NCBI GenBank assembly: GCA_951406725.2
Contig: OX597822.1
Span: 88,226,001 to 88,290,000, forward strand
Direction of reading: 5' to 3'
DNA length: 64,000 nucleotides
Source of the DNA: Octopus vulgaris
Taxonomy: Eukaryota
The notes under the pieces were generated by a model. The model searched no databases and was not told the origin of the DNA. It saw only the letters and a list, made by a program, of their open reading frames with translations. How positions within the stretch are numbered: the stretch's first letter is position 1; each line of letters begins with the position of its first letter. Below are positions 25,413 to 38,157 of the stretch, piece after piece. Made by a program: the position numbers and the translations under genes.

Positions 25413-25968
25413 ATTTATGTGATGTTCATTATTAACTTCAGGAGGAACACCTTTATTCGTCCAATCTCCTTTACAGACTTCCATAGAGAAATAATGGAAG
25501 ATCCTGTCAACAATAAAAGCAGGCTTCAAGTGGGGAGAATTATGCAAGTTGTATGCACACTCAGGATGCTCTCGCAGCCAGGCACTGCACTTAGAAGTGT
25601 GGTTGAACACCAGATCACTTGCAGTAAGTATCTTCCATTCTTTATTCATCCAGCGAGTAAAATTCTCTATTTCCTCAAATGTTGTTTCAACACCTTCGCT
25701 GAAGATTGGATTGACTTTCAGCTGATTCCTGATAGAATATGAGGAATTGGAAACACCAAGCTCTTGCAGAGGTGTGAAATGAATCATGTTGTAACCAGTT
25801 TGTTTAGCAACTTCCAAACGAGACTTCCACTCAGCAAACGGTCCCAACGATTTAGCCAAGACTGTCTGACATTGTAAACAGTTCATTGTTAATTCTTCAT
25901 CAGCTCCCACAAGTAGAACTGGATCAACTAGGAAATATCCTTTACCATTGGCATTGTGGATGTTGTCA
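25413..25968 (-). CDS. AGL: AGL coding exon 3 (large, 556 nt)
   Basis: GKGYFLVDP..CQTVLAKSLGPF..GYNMIHFTPLQELG..DLVFNHT..HPECAYNLHNSPHLKPA; acceptor ttttag, donor GTGAGA; phase 2 to 0. Confidence 0.97.
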
Positions 25969-26503
25969 CTAAAAATAAATGAAAACACAAGAATTAATGA
26001 TATTAAATGATGTCACTCAAAACCAATAATTAAAACAACAGTTATAATAAATAATCAATTCTATTTTTCTTTTGTCACCATTTTCATCAGTGTTTTAATG
26101 TCTACTTTTGATGTTTGCATAGGTTGGGTAGAATTAGTTGAAACAAATTTTCCATGGCCAGATTTCCTTCCTACCGCCAACAGTCACCTGTGTGTATGTC
26201 TGTTTGTGTTTATCCTTGTCATGACATCACATGATGGCTGTAAATGAGTATCACCATCATGCAAGCGATGTTGTTTGTTTCCAGTCTCTCATGAAAATAT
26301 GTGTGGCCATGGTGAAATAGTAGCTTACCTTGCTAGAAAACAGGTGAGGGTTGGTAACAGAAAGGGCACCCAGATGTATAAAAATTTACCTCAATGAATT
26401 CTGTTTCTCCTATGCAAGCAAGTACGGAAAAATGAATAAAGTTATGATAATGATGATGGATAATTATTATATATGTGTGTGTGTGTGTGTGTGTATGCGT
26501 ATA

Positions 26504-27771
26504 CAGGGGTCAGATAAAATAATGGAAACACCTAGCATCATAGCATCATAATTTTGAAATATCTATAAAACCATCAAATGCTTGTTTATTTTTATGTTTT
26601 TTGATTTATTATTAGTGTTGCTTAATGTTTTGCTAAAATTGCTGTTTCTTTTCAGATATCATCAGAAAAAGGTAATTGAAATTCATTAAAATGACAGATC
26701 AATCAGACTTTCAAAGAGGTCAAATCGTTGGTGCTCATATGGCAGGTGCTACCATAGCAAAAACAGCCAAAATGCTTGGTGTATCAAGAAGTACTGTCTC
26801 ATAATTAAGACAACCTTTGAGAAAAAGGGAAAAATCTCGTCAAAACAAAACTCCAGAAGAAAACCAAAACTTTCAGATAGGGACCATCAGACTCTTACGC
26901 AAATTGTTAGAAAAGATCACAAAAGTACAGCTCCCAAAATTACTGCAGAGCTTAATGACCACCTCAAAAACCCAGTTTCCACAAAAACTGCTCACCAGGA
27001 GCTGCAGAAAGCCAGATTTCATGGGAGGACTGCAATCAGAAAACCACTACTTTCAAAAACAAAACATTGCAAAGCATTTAGAGTGGAGTAAAAACCTACA
27101 GAATTGGTCCCAAGAGCAGTGGAAGAATGTTATTTTCTCGGATGAGTCATCCTTTACCTTATTTACAACCACTGGCCAAGCATACGTGTGGAGACAGCCA
27201 AAAGAAATATTTGACCCAGACTGCCTTCTTTCAACTGTTAAACATGGAGGAGGATCTGTGATGATCCAGGAGGCTATATCTTGGAAATCCACCGGCCCAA
27301 TGGTTTCCCTTCATGGCAGAATTAACAGTCAAGACTATTTAAGCATTTTATCTGATCAAATTCATCCTATAGTTATGGAACTGTTTTAGGAGGGAAACGC
27401 AATCTTTCAGGATGATAATGCAACAATTCATACAGCTAAAATTATTACTGAATGGCACGAGGAACATTCTAGTAAAGTCGAACATCTTATTTGGCCATCA
27501 CAGTCCTCAGATGTCAATATTATTGAACATTTATGGTGCATTTTAGAAAAACAAGTAAGGAGTCGATATCCTCTACTATCATCACTACAGGAACTGGAGA
27601 CTGTTTCAGCTGAAGAATGGTTGAAAATTCCTTTGGAAACAATTCAAACTTTGTACGACTCCATACCTTATAGAATTCAAGCTGTAATTACTGCCAAAGG
27701 CAGTCCTACCCCATATTAAAATTAATTTGTCTGAAATTTTAAGGTGTTTCCATTATTTTGTCCAACCCCTG
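26504..27771 (+). mobile_element. Full-length but decayed Tc1 (DD34E) transposon
   Basis: TIRs CAGGGGT..AAAATAATGGAAACACCT flanked by TA; ORF 26691-27719 (MTDQSDFQRGQIVGA, FSDES, FQDDNA, SSDVNIIEHLW) with frameshifts and stops. Confidence 0.95.
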
Positions 27772-27863
27772 TATATGTATATGTATATATATATATTATA
27801 TATATATATATATGTGTGTGTATGTGTGTGTATATATATATATAGTGTGTGTGTGTGTGTGTA

Positions 27864-27909
<46 letters not shown>

Positions 27910-28013
27910 TACATTCACACATGCATGTATTGTTTTACTATGCATTTGCCATTGATAATATGAGTTCATTGATCATCAAGTATAAATAAAACTGAACAGA
28001 CACTTAAACTCAC

Positions 28014-28236
28014 CTGCTGTCAATTGTGAAGTAATAATTAAAAGAGCCAGGTAGCACAATGTGAACATCCACATAAGCGTCATGACGATCACTTTTGGTG
28101 CTACACGGGCTCTCCCATTGCAGCTCATGGTACTGATCTCGTTTAAAAGCGTCTTTTTCATTTTCTGGGTGGTTAGTAAAAATTCTAACCACATCGGCGT
28201 GTAATGATGGCCCGAGTACAAAACGAAGAATCCAGT
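28014..28236 (-). CDS. AGL: AGL coding exon 2
   Basis: tcttacag acceptor; DWILRFVLGPSL..PGSFNYYF; donor AG|GTGAGT; 223 nt, phase 1 to 2. Confidence 0.95.
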
Positions 28237-29123
28237 CTGTAAGACAAAAAAAAAGGTAATAAGATAATGGTAAAGCCACCACACTAATATTTTTTTGGCT
28301 CCTACTCTCTTCATTCATTCATTTGTTTTTAAGTAAAGAATTAATTCTTTACATCATTAAACTTCAAAATTCATTGTCAAGGTAGCAAGCTGGCAGAATT
28401 GTTGGCAAACCAGCATTTTCTTCATCTTCACATCGTGAGTTCAAATTTGGCCAAGGCTGACTTTACCTTTCATCCCTTCAGGGTTGATAAAGTAAGTATC
28501 AGTTGAATACTGGAGTTGATATAACTGACTTACCCCTTCTCTAAAATCGTGGGCTCAGTGCCAAAATTTGAAATCAATATTCATTTAGTCTGTGATGTCA
28601 TTAAACTTTACTCATCTGGAGGATATTTAGTCCTGCTGTTGATTGAGAAGACTTATGCTAAAAGGCAATCCAACTGTGACCATCCTATCTCTTTGTATGT
28701 TTAGGATTGCATTTTTCAACATGTCCATCTTTTTTAAAGACATCAGGATCTGATTCAAGGGAGATTTGGTTGCTATTTCTACTGAGAAGTGTCAGCCATA
28801 ATATCAATAACTGATGTATTATGAAATGAAGATTTTTTATCCAAAAAGCTAACAACTTATTCTTTGCACCACATCATTTCTGATTCTCTGCTCAATATCA
28901 CTGAGACTTTCTAAAAAAAAAAAGTCTCATAATTAATAACATGCCCATTCTTATAATGTGTTCAGACAGATTCAAATGTGAAATCTAATCACAGTTGTTT
29001 TCCATCAACAGAGAACACCTCTCTTTATTCTATATTATATATATACATATTTAGCTGAACAGCCAGAACTTTCTATGAATACTTCCAGTCATGTTCAAAC
29101 ATATTCAAAACTGTTCAACTTAC

Positions 29124-29205
29124 CTTTCTCCAGACGGAATAGGGTGGTCTCCGTATTTTCTCCCTTATGGATCGTCAAAGTCCGTATCTGCAAATGCTTC
29201 TTCAT
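29124..29205 (-). CDS. AGL: AGL coding exon 1 (ATG at 29205; exon extends as UTR to acceptor at 29243)
   Basis: MKKHLQIRTLTIHKGENTETTLFRLEK resembles the human AGL N-terminus (QIRILLL..TLFRLE); 82 nt, donor G|GTAAGT. Missed by the ORF track (<60 aa). Confidence 0.92.
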
Positions 29206-29534
29206 GGTTCTATGCTCAAGGTTAACCAGATGTTTGCACTGACCTAGAAAAAGAAAGGAGGATAATTATCAGTCCTGAGTACAATCAATTGACTTAACCA
29301 TAATATATTTCAGGTACTTAATTTATCACACTTAGACTAATGAAGAACAGTAAACCTGAGGATATTTCAACAGAAGGCTGTGATATATCCAAGTAGTTAC
29401 CTTAAGGCAGTTAGTTTAGCATCATAGTCTTCATTACAGCCATCACTTTGTTTGCTAACAACTGATATAAATTTCTTTACATTAGTACAAGATAGTAAAT
29501 GTATAAGGTATACACAGACACACACACAGAGACA

Positions 29535-30400
29535 CACATGAAAGAAGTAAATAGACACCCTTGTAATCATTAAAATTTATTTAAATCTGAAATTATACAT
29601 TCAGACATGCTCTTTGCATTTTTTAATGCAAGGGCCCTATTAGGCATGCTACTGATCAGATGGTGAATATTCTCTTGCTAAGTTTCATGCAATAATCTCA
29701 AAAGATCTGGCTTTGAAGATGCTTTCTTGTTCAGTTTATGAAATGTCCTGTCCATTATTCCCCAGAGATATTCTATAGGGTTAATATCTGGTGACTGGCT
29801 TGGCTGTGGAAGCTTTCTAATGCCATTCTTTTCCAACAAATCTTGGGTCATTTTAACCATGTGACAAGGAATCCCATCTTCCATAAATAGAGTCTTCTTT
29901 AATCATTTCACCACTGGAAAAGTTTGGAAGGTGTCCTGTCTGCAATATGGACACATATTTATTTGAGTTTATCTTTCCCTCACTTCACCAGCTCTGATCA
30001 ACCATTGCTCTAAATTGTTCCCCAGACCATCACAGAATAGCTGCTGTGTTTCATTGCTGGTTGCAATCTTTTCACATCAAATTTTTGATCACAGAGTCTC
30101 CAGACGCATACTCGACCACTGTTAGGAAATACAGCAAATCTGGACTCATCAGAGAATATGACAGTGTCCCAAAACGCTAGTGGCATCTCCACCATCTCAC
30201 TGGCCCAATCTTTTCTCCACTTCATATTGGCTGGTCAAAGATGTGGCTTCCTTCTTCCTGCTCTGCCATAGTAACCAAGTTTGTGGAGATACCTGACACC
30301 TGTTCTGGAACTGAGATCAACTTGCACTGCTATGTCAGAGGTCTTGCAACAAGGATCATCCTCCACACTTCTCATAGCAAAGAGGGCCCTGGTTGATCTG
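29535..30400 (-). mobile_element. Decayed Tc1-like transposon (5' truncated)
   Basis: VIFSDESRF, VMVWG, MEDG..CH, QSPDINPIEYLW. Confidence 0.88.
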
Positions 30401-30479
30401 GACAAGGTGATGTAGACTCCTTCCCCTCTCATGCACTATGCCTACCTCTCACTCCCCCATTCTGTCCTTGCTTGAAAAT

Positions 30480-31668
30480 CTAAACCCCCTCTTTATTTTT
30501 CAGGTAAATAGCAAACTGACTTGACTAAAGAAAGTCATGGAACAACAGAATCATTCTGCCATTGCTGTTCTGGCATGTGCCAGGTACACTGCCAATAAAA
30601 TTGTTAAGTTGACAAAACTTCCAAAAGCAACAGTTTATCATGTGTATAAACAATTTAAAGAAGAGGGGAAAGCATAGAAAAGAATACAAGACTTGAAGTG
30701 ATTCCAAGTGCAATCCAATGTTTCTCACTGGTCTCAAATGCTTGATTGAAGCCAACCCATCAACATCCATGACAACTCTTGCAAAGAAATGCAACATGTC
30801 CCTTTCCATGGTGTCTAGAGCTGTGAACAGGAAACTTAGCATGACTAGCTTTGTTTGATGATGCTGTCACATCCTATCAACCAAGGCCAAAGCAATCAGA
30901 GCCAAGATGCCCAAAGCTTCTGTCAATCATCAAGCACCAAGGTGAAGGAAAAACTCTCATGTTTGTGGATGAGAAGAAGTTCACTGTGGACACTGAAGTG
31001 AATTGCAGAAATTCTCGAGTGATTGCATAGAACCCTTCAAATGTCCCCACTGTGTTTGTGACTAAGAATCCTGCCTCTGTGGTGGTATTTGGAGCCATGA
31101 CAAGTGATAGAAGTGTCATGGATCCACACTTCATTGAGTCAGGCTTGAAGATCGGCACAAAAGAGTATCTGGATACCCTGAGGAACTCTCTGTTACCTTG
31201 GATAGAGCAGAAGTTTGGGCTTGATAATGTGGTGCTTATCCAGGATTCTGCACCATGCCATTGGTCAAAAGCAACACAAGCCTTCCTTGGTGAGAAGGTG
31301 CCATTTTTTGTGAGGGCCAACATCTGGCCCAGTAATAGCCCAGATTTCAACCTTCTTAATTACTTTTTATGGGGAATACTTCAACCAAGACCACTGCTTC
31401 ACCACACTCAAGTGTCAACAGTTTAAAGATCTGCATTCTGTGTGTGACAAGCAAAATCAAAAGGTTGGAGGTTGTGGCAGCTGCAAAAAAATTTTGTTCT
31501 CATGTGGAGGCAGTAATTGCCCAAAAGGTCAGCCAATTGAGTGATAAATGTTTTTGTTGTAATAAATGTTACATTAAAATCATATCTGCCTACTACCATT
31601 ATTTCACTATTTATAACCAGTTTTATGCTCCTAGAAATTGTCTCAATTTATCTGCCAGAACCTGTAGG
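30480..31668 (+). mobile_element. Decayed maT-like (DD37D) transposon
   Basis: FVDEKKFTV; QDSAPCH..WPSNSPDFNLL(N), with 37 residues between the second D and the expected third D (mutated to N). Confidence 0.8.
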
Positions 31669-33691
31669 AGGTGAATTTGAAGAATGGTGAACAGGAGATG
31701 GGATGATCAAAGTAAATATGATTGGAGGAGACAAGAAAAGTGATGGACAGATGTCAAGTGGGAGTAGCTTAGAAGAAAGGGAGAGGTGACTGGAAGAATA
31801 CAAATGGAGGTATTGAATGGCATCTAGTAACAAGTTCTGATTTCATTACTTAGCAGCATCAGAATAATTCAGTAGATAAGAGAGTAATGAAGGGATCGAG
31901 TGATAAGGAGATGAGGGGCAGGTTAAAGGTTGCAAGAGTGTTAGAGGAAAGTGAGATGGATATTAATATAGATAAAGGGGGTCAGATGCATATAGGAGGT
32001 TCATGTGATGAATGGTGAACAGGAGTGGGGTATAATTGATGGCAAAAATTAGTAGGACAATGACAAGAATGATGAATAGATGTCCACTGAGAATGGGTCA
32101 GAAGAGAGAGAGTTGTGACTTGCAGTATGTAAAAGATGATATGAAATGGTTTGTAGTAACAGGTTCTAATTTCATTAATTACAGCAACATAATAATACAT
32201 TTAACTGGAGAGTGATGGAGAGATTTACTGTTAGGAAGATAAAGGTCATAGTTAAAGACTGCAAGAGTGATGAAGAGAGGGAGAGAAAGAGAGAGAGAGA
32301 GAGGGAGATAGAGAGAGAGAGAGAAAGAGATGGATAAAACAGGGTGCAGTGGACAATTATAAAAATGATGGGAATATGGGGAGGGAGAATAAAAGAAGAA
32401 TATCAATAGGAAGTGGTTCCAGGGAAGGACCTATTTGTGTGGGTGGGGGAAAGGAGAACAGGAAAGAAAGAACAAGGAGTTGTAAAACTGACAGAGCACT
32501 GGGTGAGGGGTCCAGTTGTGTGCCTAGAGTGCATACACATGCATCCACAAACTTAGTTGTGTACATACATGTTATTCTTTCAGAACTTTAGTCATGCCAC
32601 ACTAGCATTCTGAATTAGTAACAATTATTCCATAGTGGAGTTCCTAGAATAGTTCAGTAAGTTTAACTTATATGAGGAGCAAAAAATTTATTGTTTTGGA
32701 AGCCTCGCCATTTGTCTGAGAGTGGAGAAGTGAAGGAGGTATTGTTGTGGGTTAAACAATGAAGAAATTAAGGTAATCTATAGATTTGACAGTGAAGTAC
32801 ACATCATGCAATTGAGTACAGCTAGTAATGTTTTTGAACACTTTGATCAGGTGAAAGGATCTGTGACTATAGCATTCACAGACTCTCTAGTGGAAGGGGC
32901 TAGGGCTATAATATTCACAAGCCCTCTAGTGAAAGGGGCTATGATCAGTGTTCATAGGTCCTCAGATAGAAGTGGGCTGAGACCATGATGTCCATAGGCC
33001 ATCTGAAATGGTATGATTGATAGTTTTTTTTAACAATTGCCAAGAAAGAAAGATTAGGGAAGGAATCCAGAGGGATGATTTTTCTAGGGTGAAAAGACTG
33101 ATTAATGTGGAGAAACACAATATGAGTGATGACAGACAAGACAAAATCAGAAGAGCAGAGACCATTGTAGTAGCATAAAAGTGATGCAACCTAATAGAAG
33201 ACTAAAACTAAGACTATGTTGCTGCTCTGGTGACAAGTTGGACTGAAGAAACAGCATGATTATTGCTACCTTTCACTCTTGACACTGACTGCCACCACTA
33301 CACCCAACACAACCATCACTGTCATCTGCGTGTGGAAGCAGTAACAACAACTTCACAACTGAGCCAAAGAATAATCTTTGAGTGGTTGCTCTATCCACTA
33401 GAATAAGAAGTTAAATTTCCCTAAAAATCATATTCTACAGCCATACAAAAAGGAAGGACACACTGGATAATGTAATCCTACATACAATGTCTTAAAAAAA
33501 AAAGGAAAAAATATTGTCTGATCATAGCTAAAACACCTTTGATCCTAAATCTGCTGTCAAACAACAATTTAACAGAAATAGGAGTGAAGTAAAAATACTC
33601 CAAATAAATTTGTTAATTATTTGGAATTGGTTAAATATTGAGAAATCTTAAAAAAAAAAAAAACATATTGTAAGTTTTAAACTTGCATTAC

Positions 33692-33864
33692 CTACATTAT
33701 TTACAATTGACAGATATTTGTCCTTGTCTTTGTTGTTAACACAACATTTCGGTGTCTTGGAGAAATTTCGAACCTGGGTTCTCATTCCTAAGGCATTTTT
33801 CTATATTGTTATCAGTCAATTGTAAATAATGTAAATAATTCCTCATCTCTCAAATATAGAATTG
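33692..33864. mobile_element. Short family 1 PLE-type insertion with the hammerhead core deleted
   Basis: Minus-strand body plus inverted tail (AATTCCTCATCTC..); TTGCATTAC on both sides (33683-33691 and 33862-33870). Confidence 0.75.
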
Positions 33865-33923
33865 CATTACTTAATCACATATCAATAATTCATTTACCAA
33901 TACAATATCAAAAATTTACTTAC

Positions 33924-34090
33924 CTGTACAAATTTATCATGTAAAAATCTTTTTAAATGATAATTTTTGTTTTTGTACAGATAGAAACAGGTCTGAAACT
34001 TACAGAAAGATAACAAAGAGCTGTTGTACTGCTGCTCACTGAAGCTAATGTAAGCTGTTTGCTTGTTTTAGAGAAGACACACTGCGATGT
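33924..34090 (-). other. Candidate non-coding (alternative) 5' exon of AGL
   Basis: Consensus donor CAG|GTAAGT at 33924/33923 at the edge of unique non-repeat sequence; the 5' limit is a guess. Confidence 0.35.
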
Positions 34091-34578
34091 TACACCTAAT
34101 AACTACTACTACTACTACAGGAGAAATACTGGGTTGTTTTGATTTAATATGTAGTAAAGGTGGGGAATAGTAAGTTGCTTGATCTCATAACTAGAAGGAA
34201 GGATGAGGAATAGTGAGCTAATAACAAGTAGAGAGGGGAATGCTGAATATTTTGTCAAATAAGTAGCAAATGGGGAAAATTGTGAGGTTTCTTCTACAAT
34301 AATTATTTGATGGAGCACCTTAGTTCATTCATTAATTTTACGTCTATTTTTTTCCATCTAAGCATGAGTTAGATGGATATATTATCAATGTATTGTTGTA
34401 CAGCCAGATGCATCTGCTGTCAATAACCACCCTTAACTGTTTTTCAAGTAAGGTGTCTCCTATTCCAAGCACCTTCAAAAGCAAAAACCAGTGGATAATT
34501 TGTTGACAAATGACAACTTCAACACTCATTGGTTAGCAATTTTTGGAGAAGTACAAATGTACACAAATACACACACAC

Positions 34579-34628
<50 letters not shown>

Positions 34629-35529
34629 ACAGTGTGTGCAAGCATGCAGCAGGCTTCTTTCAGTTTCCATCTACCATAACAACTTATATGATTTTCATCA
34701 GCTCAAGACTACTGTAGAAGATACCAAAGTACTGCACAGTGGGACTGAACCCCAAACCATATGATTGAGAAAAGAACTTCTCAATCACACAGCTATGCCT
34801 GATGCCACTCAGCATTTCATGTAAAAGTGATTTGATGAAATCTTGGAATGTTTAATTGAATAGTTATTATTACTATTGAAGAAATATGAAGTTGTTTCAT
34901 CAAATCACCACTATTTTGAGGAAAAATAATGTATTCAAAGGAAAAATAATGTATTTAAAATAACTTACAAAAAAATCTGAATACTCTTTCCTTCAAATCA
35001 CATTCAGTTCCTGTCTGCAGCTAAAACAGACTTTGTTTTTGAAAAATACTATACGATATGCTTGGCCAAATATTTAGCTTATCTCTTCAACAGAAAGCAA
35101 GAAAAGTAGATCACAAGGTTACTCTCCTCCTAGTCTGATATTCACTATCTATAAAAGTACACAGTGATGCATACATGTAAAGTGATCTGCATAGCTTCTA
35201 CACTTCATGCATATTTATGCTATAGCTTACAGGTGGCACTGAATATATATTTGCTCTAACAAACTAGTTATAATCAGTTAACATCTAAACTTAGTACTGA
35301 CACAAACAAAAACAAAAAAACAACAAACAAAAGCCAACTATTCTGCTTCTTTGTTTTGATAAAGAAATACTCTTACACGCACACACTCTTTCTCTCTCTC
35401 ACTCACACATACACACAAGTTGTAAATTATCCTGTTTTCTGTGAAACAGTAACAAAACTTAAGATGTATTAGTTCTAGATAAATCAGATCTGTTTCAACT
35501 CTCTGTTATATCATGCTTAAGCTTACTAA

Positions 35530-35825
35530 ATAAAATAGTACTTTAAATACCATTTCTGCTTAGATTGGTACTTTAAATTATATTTCTGCTTAAAGAGGTA
35601 CTTTAAATACTATTTCTGCTTAAAGGGGTACTTTAAATAATATATCTGCTTAAAGTAGACTTGAAAGAGTACTCCTGTTTAATGTGATACTTTAAATGTT
35701 ATATTTTTTTAAAGAAATTCTTAAAAAAATATATCTGTTTAAAGTAGTACTTTAAACTATAGTTCTGTATAAGAAGTAACTTGAAATTAATATATGTTTA
35801 AAGTAATACTTTAAACAATACATCT
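35530..35825. repeat. Minisatellite of about 30 bp (TACTTTAAATACTATTTCTGCTTAAAGRGG), about 9-10 units with progressive decay
   Basis: Units are visible directly; best conserved at 35540-35655. Confidence 0.8.
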
Positions 35826-38157
35826 GTGTAGAGAGGCAGTGTTTCAAAATAAACTCCTTTGGATAAATGACAAGAGTAATTATAATGTAGTAAGAGAATA
35901 TGTGCCTATGACTACAGTAGGCCCATAACAGCACCAACCAAACTGATTTGGTCTATCCATGTTAGGGCCAAATGTCAAAACCTGAAGTATAGAAATCATA
36001 TATGATCAATCCTATTTTTAGTGACTCCCCCATTGTAAACTGGAGATAACTGGGCAGGACAGAGCCTACCTATCTTAATAAGTTGTCCTGGGGACTAACA
36101 GAGTTGAACAATATCTCAGTAGCAATTTTAGTTTCATCTCAAAACATGAGGCCCATTGGATCTTGGATGATACCTCTTATAATCTGTTGATAAGAGACAC
36201 CCAGCCTGAGTTCTTATTAGACTAATATTCACGAATTGCAACTGGTCTTTAATAACTGATGGTGATACCTATAGACTTCTTTGGTGAGCAGCACCATAAA
36301 GATTAAGTGAGAGGCCCTTATATTAGGATCAACTCACTATGTGGCACTTAACACCATAAAACCCTTGAAAAAACTATATCTTAGTATAGGTGATAGTACC
36401 TCATTGTTGGCAGTACATTGAAACAAGGAGCAATCTGTGTCTGTTGTTGTTTGACATACAACTAGACACACAAACAGAGAAAAAGAATTTCCAGCAGGCA
36501 TCAGTTTAGGCAAATTGCAGTAAACATAGACGTGTTAATGTCATTTATTATTGGCTTACCATCCTCCATTTTATACCCGAATGCTTTGAAGCACAGAGTA
36601 ATCTGTATTCATTGTTGTGTTGATAAACAAAATAATGAACATTGCATGTCATTATTATCAATATTATTTAATACCTTTGTTTCATGCTGATATGGGTTAC
36701 ATAATTTGGCAGAATGCAACAGGTCATAGAACTGCATTGTGCTCCACTGTCTACTTTGGCATGGTTTCTATATATGGATATTTTAATGTCAATTTTGGTT
36801 TGTGTACTGGGTGCTTCTTTTCATGCCACCAGCACTAGTCCGGTTGACATGCAGCTTGTAAGACTATGAACTTCAAGAGAGACAGCTTTATGCAAGGAAA
36901 TGAGGGGTTAGAGCATAAAGAGAAGGGACAACAGCAGAACAAGTTCTTGCTGTAGAGGTGTTACATAGCTGTTGATATCTTGGAAGAGAGGGTGGGGAAT
37001 AACTGAAGTGGAGCAGGGTAGAGACAAAATAGCAGTGATAAGCCATATGTGTGTGCATGTGTGTGTACCCTTAAGGTACAAGATGAGTAGAAGTGAATGG
37101 GGACAGAAGAATCAGGAGTGTAGGTGGGAAGAGATTGTGAGAGTGCATGAGGGGAGTGAGAGGTGGGGAATTGGTGAGGCAGTGAATATAATAAATGAAG
37201 AACAAGTGATAAGTAGGGGATACTGAAAAGGAAGAATAGGTGACAAGAGTAGAGAGTGGGTAGGGTTGAGGAGGTGGATGATGAGTAAGGAGTGAGCGTG
37301 GGGTGTGATGTGAATGAAGCATAGCAGAAGAGCAATGATGATATAGTAAACAGGGGAAAGATGAGAGAGGAAGAGAGAGAGAGAGAGATGACAAATGGTT
37401 AGGTACGTTGCAAAAGTGTGTGAGGAAGAGAGAGAAGCAGGTGAAGTGCATGGGGAGAGAGAGAGAGGGACATATGATGGCAAAGAAAGTGAGATGATTT
37501 GGTGACTAAGAGAGAGGGAGACTGTCAGAGCATGAATATTAGGAAAAACAGTTTGGAAGTAGACTGGTTGCACATTGCTACATGCATACTTTACCTACTT
37601 ACTGATTACACTGGTTTCAAATTTTTGCACAAGGCCAGCAATTTCAGGAGAGGAGTTAAGTCAATTACATTGACCCCAGTGCTCAACTGTACTTATTTTA
37701 TTGACCCCAAAAGGATAAAAAGCAAAGTCGATCTCAGCAGAATTTGAACTCAGAACATGAAGATAGACGAAATTCCACTAAGCATTTTGCCTGGTGTGCC
37801 AACTATTCTGCCAGTTTACTGCCTTAACTTACTGACTATACTGAAACTTGAAAATGAAGGTAGCAACAAGTTCAACATATCACAGTCATGCCCAAATACC
37901 AAAACCTGATAATATAGCCTGAACCCCTTAAGCTCCTTTGAGTGTGACTCATTGCACAGATATCAGCTGTTTGTTAAGGGAGTACCCATTATTTCTATTG
38001 CTGGTTACCACAAGTGAAGTTTGTAAACATCCAGGCTGTTTTAATTGTTAGTGCAATAGCTTTGGTAGCTTTTCATGGCTGAGGCATCTGCAGTAAGTAT
38101 CGAATGCCTTCACCTTGTAAGATCATTTGATTATAATTTCAACTTAGCAGTGTTGGT

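Larger units (their letters stand above)
606..29243 (-). other. AGL: Glycogen debranching enzyme gene span within the window (14 coding exons; 3' part lies beyond the left edge)
   Basis: Spliced exons translate without stops into a GDE N-terminal/transferase region: [65 protein letters not shown]. All introns are GT-AG with compatible phases. Confidence 0.97.

Noticed and set aside
35530-35825. CRISPR-like periodic array
   Set aside because: Units are head-to-tail with no unique spacers, there are no cas genes, and the context is a eukaryotic intron.
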